Positions 44,990-50,763 of a stretch of DNA of 50,763 nucleotides are shown here, one piece after another. Source of the stretch: Clostridia bacterium (GTDB lineage: Bacteria > Bacillota > Clostridia > Oscillospirales > CAG-272); assembly GCA_017463405.1 (NCBI GenBank), contig JAFTPJ010000150.1, positions 1 through 50,763 on the forward strand, written 5' to 3'. The stretch's first letter is position 1. Each line of letters starts with the position of its first letter. The notes under the pieces were generated by a model. It did not search any database, was not told the origin of the DNA, and saw only the letters and a list, made by a program, of their open reading frames with translations. The translations under genes were made by a program, and so were the position numbers.

Positions 44990-45726
44990 CGGTTCGCCTC
45001 CGTTTCAAAGGAGGCGGGGAAGCCGATCGGCGTTTTGCCGCATGCCTTGATCGTACGGTAAGCCAGCACATCGAGAGAGTCGACGAAAATTTCATCGCCG
45101 AGTCCCTCTTTTTTTAAGAGTGACAATTCGGTGCACCCGAGTACCAGCCGCTCACAGCCGCGCGCGCGAAGGTTGTCCGTCACATGGCGAAATGCTTCGC
45201 GGTCGACCGGTTTGTTTTGCTTGATTTGGTTATAAATGATTGAGGTGACCGTACGTTGCTCCTCCTCGGTCGGCGTCAAACAGATAAGTCCCGCCGCCTC
45301 ACATAAGCGGTGGTAGGAGTGCGATTTTACCGTTCCCTCGGTTGCAAGCAGTCCGAAGCGTCGGACATGGAGCGCGGAAAGATGCACGATTGTTTCCCGA
45401 ATGATGTTCAGAATCGGAGTGTGACAGCCCGCTGTCAAGCCGTCGTAAAAATAATGCGCCGTGTTGCAGGGAATTACGATCAGATTTACCCCCGCGCGCT
45501 CCAAGCGGTGTGCCTCCTCCAGCATCACGGGGAGGGGATCGTTCTTTGATTCACCGAGGATAAACGCGGTGCGATCGGGGGTGGAGGCGCGACTGCTGAT
45601 CAGCATATCGATATGATCGCCGTCGCACCGTGCCGCAGTGTGGCGGTTCAACAGCTCACAGAAATAGACCGTTGACATCGGTCCGAGACCGCCGAGCACG
45701 CCAAGCAGAATACGGGAATCAGCCAT
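44986..45726 (-). CDS. aspartate/glutamate-family amino-acid racemase
   Basis: LGVLGGLGP.ST, PDRTAFI, two-cysteine motifs PCNTAH and GCTELS; ATGA overlap with murE. Confidence 0.9.
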   Translation of the reverse strand: MADSRILLGVLGGLGPMSTVYFCELLNRHTAARCDGDHIDMLISSRASTPDRTAFILGESKNDPLPVMLEEAHRLERAGVNLIVIPCNTAHYFYDGLTAGCHTPILNIIRETIVHLSALHVRRFGLLATEGTVKSHSYHRLCEAAGLICLTPTEEEQRTVTSIIYNQIKQNKPVDREAFRHVTDNLRARGCERLVLGCTELSLLKKEGLGDEIFVDSLDVLAYRTIKACGKTPIGFPASFETEANR

Positions 45727-46141
45727 GGGAGATCTCCTTTCCCGACGGGAGAGGAAACTCTTCGCCGAACCACACACGGTACATTTCCTCCTTGGAGGCA
45801 ATGACGAATTTTCCTTCCAGATCCTCACAATGATTCCATACGAAATTGGCGTATTCCTCGGTACAGGGGATCAGATAGAGAATCACCTCCGCATTCCCGA
45901 GTTGATCGGCAAAATCGTACAGTGCCTGCGTCATCAGACGCTCATCGGCGGTGTGGCGGATCAGATGGAATTTCATGCAGAGTGAGAGCCGCAGGGCAAG
46001 CGGGATTTTCTCGCAAAACACGTGCGATACCACGCCGTACTCGCGGTACATGCGGTGCGCCGTTTCGTTGACTTCCTGCGACAGTCCCAATAAAACGGGG
46101 ATCAGCTCGCCCGAAAGTGCGTCTTTTTTGATGTAATCCAT
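45719..46141 (-). CDS. hypothetical protein resembling the N-terminal domain of D-aspartate ligase/carboxylate-amine ligase
   Basis: IPVLLG......A......YG..S and LIPC.EEY..FV......L pattern; overlaps the racemase start; no ATP-grasp domain. Confidence 0.55.
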   Translation of the reverse strand: MDYIKKDALSGELIPVLLGLSQEVNETAHRMYREYGVVSHVFCEKIPLALRLSLCMKFHLIRHTADERLMTQALYDFADQLGNAEVILYLIPCTEEYANFVWNHCEDLEGKFVIASKEEMYRVWFGEEFPLPSGKEISHG

Positions 46142-46160
46142 GTGCGGCTCCTTTCTTTGA

Positions 46161-46895
46161 TTATTTTTTCTTTTTCGGATTGCGGAGACGGGATTGCAAC
46201 CGCTCCATGAGATCCTGTGTCGGTTCTTCTATTTCCGCCATCGGAAAGGGAATCCCCATGCGCTCGTACTTTGCGGTACAGAGCTTGCGGAAGGGAAGCA
46301 ATTCAACGGTGTCGATACAACTCCGTTCCTCGGCGAGCAGGGAGAGAAAATCAATGCTTTCCTCGGTATCGTTCAGTGTCGGAATGATGACTTGACGCAA
46401 TGTCGTCGGGATGTTTTGCTGATTCAGATATTGCAAAAAGCGGAGCGGTTGTACGATTCCGCAGCCAACGTGCGCACGGTAAAGCGCATCCGTCGGATAT
46501 TTGATATCCAGAAGCACGCGATCGGTGTGCGTCAGCAGGTGCTTGACCTCATCGTTGAGGATGCATCCCGATGTATCCAGGCAGGTGTTGATTCGCATCT
46601 TGTGGCATTCCTCAAACAACGCCGTGGCAAACCGTGCCTGTAGAAGCGGTTCCCCACCCGAGAGCGTGATGCCGCCGTCACGACGGAAGTATTCGCGGTA
46701 CCGCATGGCGCGGTGCACAAGCTCCTGCGCCGAAATTTCGGTGCCTGCGGACGGATTCCATGTGTCGGGATTGTGGCAGCAGCCGCACCGCAGTGGACAT
46801 CCTTGCGCGAATACGACAAACCGAACGCCCGGACCGTCAAGGGTTCCGAGCGTTTGGATAGAGTGAACGTGTCCCGTAACAGGGGAGCGATTCAT
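46161..46895 (-). CDS. pflA: pyruvate formate-lyase activating enzyme
   Basis: GTLDGPG.RFVVF.QGCPLRC..CHNPDTW, GGITLSGGEPLLQ. Confidence 0.95.
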   Translation of the reverse strand: MNRSPVTGHVHSIQTLGTLDGPGVRFVVFAQGCPLRCGCCHNPDTWNPSAGTEISAQELVHRAMRYREYFRRDGGITLSGGEPLLQARFATALFEECHKMRINTCLDTSGCILNDEVKHLLTHTDRVLLDIKYPTDALYRAHVGCGIVQPLRFLQYLNQQNIPTTLRQVIIPTLNDTEESIDFLSLLAEERSCIDTVELLPFRKLCTAKYERMGIPFPMAEIEEPTQDLMERLQSRLRNPKKKK

Positions 46896-46896
46896 A

Positions 46897-49128
46897 TTAC
46901 AGCACCTCGTGGAAGGTTCTGCTGATGACCTCGCGCTGCTGCTCGCGGGAGAGCTTGTTGAAGTTGACCGCATAGCCGGATACACGGATGGTCAGATTGG
47001 GATATGCCTCGGGATTTTCGTACGCCTTCATCAGGGTTTCGCGGTTGAGCACGTTGACGTTGATGTGGTGTGCGCGCTTTGCAAAGTAACCGTCGAGAAT
47101 GGATACGAGGTTGTCCACACGATCCGTATCGGTTCGCCCGAGTGTTTCTGGCGTGATGGAGAAGGTGTTGGAAATACCGTCGCGGCAATCCTCGTAGCGG
47201 ATTTTTGCCACCGAGTTGAGCGATGCCAGCGCTCCGTTCGATTCGCGGTTGTGCATGGGGTTTGCACCGGGGGCAAACGCTTCGCCGGCTTTTCTTCCGT
47301 CGGGAGTCGCGCCCGTGTGCTTACCGTACATCACGTTGGATGTGATGGTCAGCACCGACAGCGTATGGATCGCATTGCGATAGGTCGGTGTCTTTCTCAA
47401 TTCAGTGATGGTCTTATAGGTCAGATCGCGTGCGATCAGATCGACGCGATCATCGTCGTTTCCGTACTTGGGGAAGTCGCCGACGGTGATGAAATCGGAA
47501 ATGTAACCGTTTTCATCCTTGATGGGACGAACGGTTGCGTATTTGATGGCGCTGAAGGAATCGGCAACCACCGACAGTCCTGCGATACCGAACGCCATAA
47601 AGCGGTCGACGTTCGTGTCGTGCAGAGCCATCTGAATCTTCTCATATGCATACTTATCGTGCATATAGTGAATGATGTTCATGGTGTTGACATACAGACG
47701 CGAGAGCCACTTCAGATAGATATCGAAGCGCGCCATGACGGTGTCGTAGTCCAGCGTGTCGCCCTCCAGCGGCGGCATCTGTGGTCCGATCTTCATACCG
47801 CTGACGGTATCGTAGCCGCCGTTGATTGCAATCAGAAGCAGTTTTGCCAGATTGCAACGCGCGCCGAAGAACTGCATCTGCTTGCCCACCTTCATGGCAG
47901 ACACACAACAGGCGATCGCGTAATCGTCACCGTAGGACGGACGCATCACGTCGTCATTTTCATACTGGATGGAGTCGGTATCAACCGAGACCTTTGCACA
48001 GAATTTCTTAAAGCCCTCGGGTAGGGAATTGGACCAGAGCACGGTCAGGTTCGGCTCGGGCGACGAGCCGAGCGTGTAGAGCGTGTTGAGAATACGGAAG
48101 GAGCTCTTGGTGACCAGCGTTCTTCCGTCCTCGCCCATGCCTCCGACGCTTTCGGTGATCCACATGGGGTCGCCGCCGAAGAGCTCGTTGTACTCGGGCG
48201 TGCGCAGATGGCGCGCCAGACGAAGCTTGATGACAAAGTCGTCAAGCAGCTCCTGCGCCTCGGCTTCGGTTATTGTGCCGTTTTCCAGATCGCGCTCAAT
48301 ATAGATATCAAAGAACGTACTGACGCGTCCGAGAGACATCGCCGCACCGTTTTGCTCCTTGATTGCGGCAAGGTAAGCGAAATATGTCCACTGAATCGCC
48401 TCCCGCGTGTTTGCCGCGGGCTTGCTGATGTCGTAGCCGTACATAAATGCCATTTCCTTGAGGTTGCCGAGGAATGCGATCTGCTGATAGAGCTCCTCGT
48501 TGAGGCGGATTTCATCCTGTGAGAAGGTTACGTCGGAGAGTGCCTGCTTGTCCTTCTTTTTTTCTTCGATCAGACGGTCGACGCCGTAGAGTGCCACACG
48601 GCGGTAGTCGCCGATGATGCGACCTCTGCCGTAGGCGTCGGGAAGTCCCGTGATGACGTGTGTTTTGCGCGCCAGACGCATCTCGTCGGTATACGCGCGG
48701 AAGACGCCGTCATTGTGCGTGGTGCGGAAGCGAAATTCTTTTTCCACCGTGTCGCTGAGTTGGTAGCCGTATGCGGCGCAGGCATTGCGTACCATACGGA
48801 TGCCGCCGAAGGGATTGACCCCGCGCTTCAAGGGCATGTCGGTCTGCAGTCCTACGATCAGCTCGTTTTCTCTGTCAACGAATCCGGGAACGTAGCTGGT
48901 CAGCGAGGAGACGGTGTTGGTGTCAATATCCAACACGCCGCCTTTTTGACGCTCCTTTGCAAACAGCTCCTGCACCTTTTTCATCAATGCATTCGTGCGT
49001 TCGGTAGCTTCTGCGAGAAAGCTGTGATCCCCTGTATATGGTCTGTAGTTTGTCTGAATAAAATCTCTGACGTTGATTTCCTTTTGCCAGTTGCCGGCTA
49101 CAAAGCCGTTCCAATTTTCATGTACCAT
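46897..49128 (-). CDS. pflB: pyruvate formate-lyase
   Basis: [23 protein letters not shown] (two active-site Cys), [16 protein letters not shown] glycyl-radical motif. Confidence 0.97.
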   Translation of the reverse strand: MVHENWNGFVAGNWQKEINVRDFIQTNYRPYTGDHSFLAEATERTNALMKKVQELFAKERQKGGVLDIDTNTVSSLTSYVPGFVDRENELIVGLQTDMPLKRGVNPFGGIRMVRNACAAYGYQLSDTVEKEFRFRTTHNDGVFRAYTDEMRLARKTHVITGLPDAYGRGRIIGDYRRVALYGVDRLIEEKKKDKQALSDVTFSQDEIRLNEELYQQIAFLGNLKEMAFMYGYDISKPAANTREAIQWTYFAYLAAIKEQNGAAMSLGRVSTFFDIYIERDLENGTITEAEAQELLDDFVIKLRLARHLRTPEYNELFGGDPMWITESVGGMGEDGRTLVTKSSFRILNTLYTLGSSPEPNLTVLWSNSLPEGFKKFCAKVSVDTDSIQYENDDVMRPSYGDDYAIACCVSAMKVGKQMQFFGARCNLAKLLLIAINGGYDTVSGMKIGPQMPPLEGDTLDYDTVMARFDIYLKWLSRLYVNTMNIIHYMHDKYAYEKIQMALHDTNVDRFMAFGIAGLSVVADSFSAIKYATVRPIKDENGYISDFITVGDFPKYGNDDDRVDLIARDLTYKTITELRKTPTYRNAIHTLSVLTITSNVMYGKHTGATPDGRKAGEAFAPGANPMHNRESNGALASLNSVAKIRYEDCRDGISNTFSITPETLGRTDTDRVDNLVSILDGYFAKRAHHINVNVLNRETLMKAYENPEAYPNLTIRVSGYAVNFNKLSREQQREVISRTFHEVL

Positions 49129-49197
49129 TGTCTGTCCTCCTTCTGCCGATATTCCATCTGTATCGGCGGTGCTAATCATATAATTTCTACACTAAAT

Positions 49198-49226
49198 ATT
49201 ATACACTATTCCGATTCACTTGTCAA
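49198..49226 (-). promoter_or_regulatory. consensus sigma-A promoter of pflB
   Basis: Minus strand TTGACA, 17-bp spacer, TATAAT. Confidence 0.8.
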
Positions 49227-49259
49227 GATGATTGGGTGGCAATCCGCGAAATTTATCAA

Positions 49260-49277
49260 TAGTTTATTTTTTCACAA
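49260..49277. promoter_or_regulatory. possible Rex operator
   Basis: TAGTTTA-TTTT-TTCACAA compared with the Rex pattern TTGT(G/T)AA-N4-TT(C/A)ACAA; upstream of the pflB promoter. Confidence 0.35.
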
Positions 49278-49352
49278 AATTTTAAAATATCTCTTGCATT
49301 TTTCCTGCTTTTCCGTTATAATAGGAGAAGACGACGAAAAGGAAGAATATGC

Positions 49353-49949
49353 ATGAAGAAAGAAAAGATTTACCGCGTGTTCTCGCACCTGCCCGAGCTG
49401 ACGACCGAGCGTTTGACGCTTCGGAAGATGTTGGTGGCGGATACCTCGGATATGTACGAATACGCGTCGCGGCAGGATGTTACGAAATTCCTGACGTGGC
49501 AGCCGCACCCCGACAGGGATTATACAAGAGAATATTTGCAATACCTCGGCGGGCGCTATTCGGCCGGTATGTTTTACGATTGGGCAGTGGTCTACGAGCC
49601 CGATTGTAAGATGATCGGCACCTGCGGTTTCACATCATTCAACTGCTCGTCCGACAGTGCCGAGGTGGGATACGTGCTCAATCCCGAGTACTGGGGACGC
49701 GGAATTGCGGTAGAGGCGCTTGGCAGGATTCTTACGTTCGGCTTTGAGGATCTGGGGCTTCATCGCATCGAGGCAAGATTCATCGACGGAAACGACCGCT
49801 CGCGCCGCGTGATGGAGAAAGCGGGCATGACCTTTGAGGGGGTTTTGCGCGAGGGCATGCTGGTCAAGGGGAATTACGTCAACGTCGGTATCTGCTCCGT
49901 TCTGGAATCGGAGTGGAAAGAAAAGCATGCCAAGCGAAACAAAAAATGA
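49353..49949 (+). CDS. RimJ/RimL-type GNAT N-acetyltransferase
   Basis: L.TERL.LR, EVGY.L.P.YWGRG, N.RS.RVMEK.G..FEG.LR. Confidence 0.88.
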   Translation: MKKEKIYRVFSHLPELTTERLTLRKMLVADTSDMYEYASRQDVTKFLTWQPHPDRDYTREYLQYLGGRYSAGMFYDWAVVYEPDCKMIGTCGFTSFNCSSDSAEVGYVLNPEYWGRGIAVEALGRILTFGFEDLGLHRIEARFIDGNDRSRRVMEKAGMTFEGVLREGMLVKGNYVNVGICSVLESEWKEKHAKRNKK

Positions 49950-49971
49950 ATATTTCACGTTTGTGCTGTCA

Positions 49972-50002
49972 AAAATCGGGATACGGGATATCCCGATTTT
50001 TT
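49972..50002 (+). terminator. terminator hairpin
   Basis: AAAATCGGGATA/TATCCCGATTTT followed by a T run. Confidence 0.55.
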
Positions 50003-50021
50003 GAATTTCGGAGGAAAGAGC

Positions 50022-50585
50022 ATGGCAGCATATACCAAGCCCGGCGTGTTTGCCGAGAACATCGTGGGAACCGAGACCGAAAAGAATCTGCATACCGCAC
50101 TCAGCGGAGAGTCACAGGCATATCTGCGTTACAAATGGTTTGAGAACAAGGCAAAGGAGGACGGATTTGTCGAGATTTCCGAGCTGTTCCGCGATACAGC
50201 GGCAAACGAGCGGGAGCATGCCGAGATCTGGTTCAAATATCTTGGCGGTTGGTCGTCGACAGAGAAGAATCTGGATGTTGCTGCATCGGGTGAAAAATTC
50301 GAGTGGGAAACAATGTACGCCGATTTTGAAAAGACCGCCAGAGCGGAGGGATTTGATGCGATTGCCGATCTGTTTGCGCGCGTGGCAAGCATCGAAAAGC
50401 AGCACGAGGAAAATTATCGGAAGGCGCTGGAAAAGGTGAAGAACGGGGAATGCTTCACCTCAAACAGCGCCTCGACCAAGTGGATTTGTATCAATTGCGG
50501 CTATGTGGTGGAAGCCAAAGAGCCTCCCAAGATCTGTCCTACCTGTTCGCACCCGCAAGGGTATTTCAAGCAATGGAGTAAATAA
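50022..50585 (+). CDS. rbr: rubrerythrin
   Basis: TE.NL..A..GESQA..RY, E.EHA, E..HE; C-terminal W.C.NCG..P..CP.C.HP rubredoxin domain. Confidence 0.92.
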   Translation: MAAYTKPGVFAENIVGTETEKNLHTALSGESQAYLRYKWFENKAKEDGFVEISELFRDTAANEREHAEIWFKYLGGWSSTEKNLDVAASGEKFEWETMYADFEKTARAEGFDAIADLFARVASIEKQHEENYRKALEKVKNGECFTSNSASTKWICINCGYVVEAKEPPKICPTCSHPQGYFKQWSK

Positions 50586-50763
50586 TTTCTTCGGAGAGAG
50601 TCTTTCTTACCGAGCCGCCTTTCCTCAACAGAGGGAGATCCGAAAAAAGCTGACTTTCTTCGAGTTGACGAAGTCAATTTTGCGGAGTGTGATAGTGAAC
50701 GTGGGATCCAACTTAAGGAGTACAATATAGTTAAGAGGGAGCCTCAAACAGACGGTTTGCGGC

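Noticed and set aside
49130-49200. Possible ZTP (pfl) riboswitch before pflB
   Set aside because: Only a short GCCGATA/TATCGGC hairpin; the conserved ZTP sequence elements are absent and the leader is too short
50586-50763. Non-coding tail with small hairpins and a TTGACG possible -35
   Set aside because: No match to tRNA, tmRNA, 6S, SRP or RNase P features that I can support; truncated by the window edge
1-50763. CRISPR array, rRNA, tRNA, integrase or defence genes
   Set aside because: No regularly spaced direct repeats, RNA-gene signatures or such ORFs were seen on manual reading

Overview
Chromosomal segment from a spore-forming anaerobic Firmicute, probably Clostridia. That assignment is inferred from spoIIIAH, CotF-like genes, a T-box, Rex, PFL and rubrerythrin. 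Core blocks are dCMP deaminase-LMW phosphatase-rimI-tsaD, rex-dnaD-dnaC-like, T-box/trpB2, pflB-pflA-(ligase-like domain)-racemase-murE-dinB and GNAT-rubrerythrin. These alternate with carbohydrate and accessory islands: GH36, a ribulokinase/epimerase/dehydrogenase operon divergent from a GH106-like::GH125 fusion with anSME and a sulfatase, several AraC regulators, and two AT-richer surface lipoprotein genes. I saw no rRNA, tRNA, CRISPR array, transposase or phage gene. The most notable unannotated signals are a DnaA-box cluster before rex-dnaD-dnaC-like, a structured leader RNA with a terminator before an LRR lipoprotein, a TA-flanked MITE supplying the murE stop codon, and a stand-alone D-Asp-ligase-like N-domain with a racemase and a DNPG-type MurE. 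There are also several deletion scars, including a glycyl-radical domain remnant joined back-to-back to an AraC remnant. All family calls are from motif recognition, not database searches.
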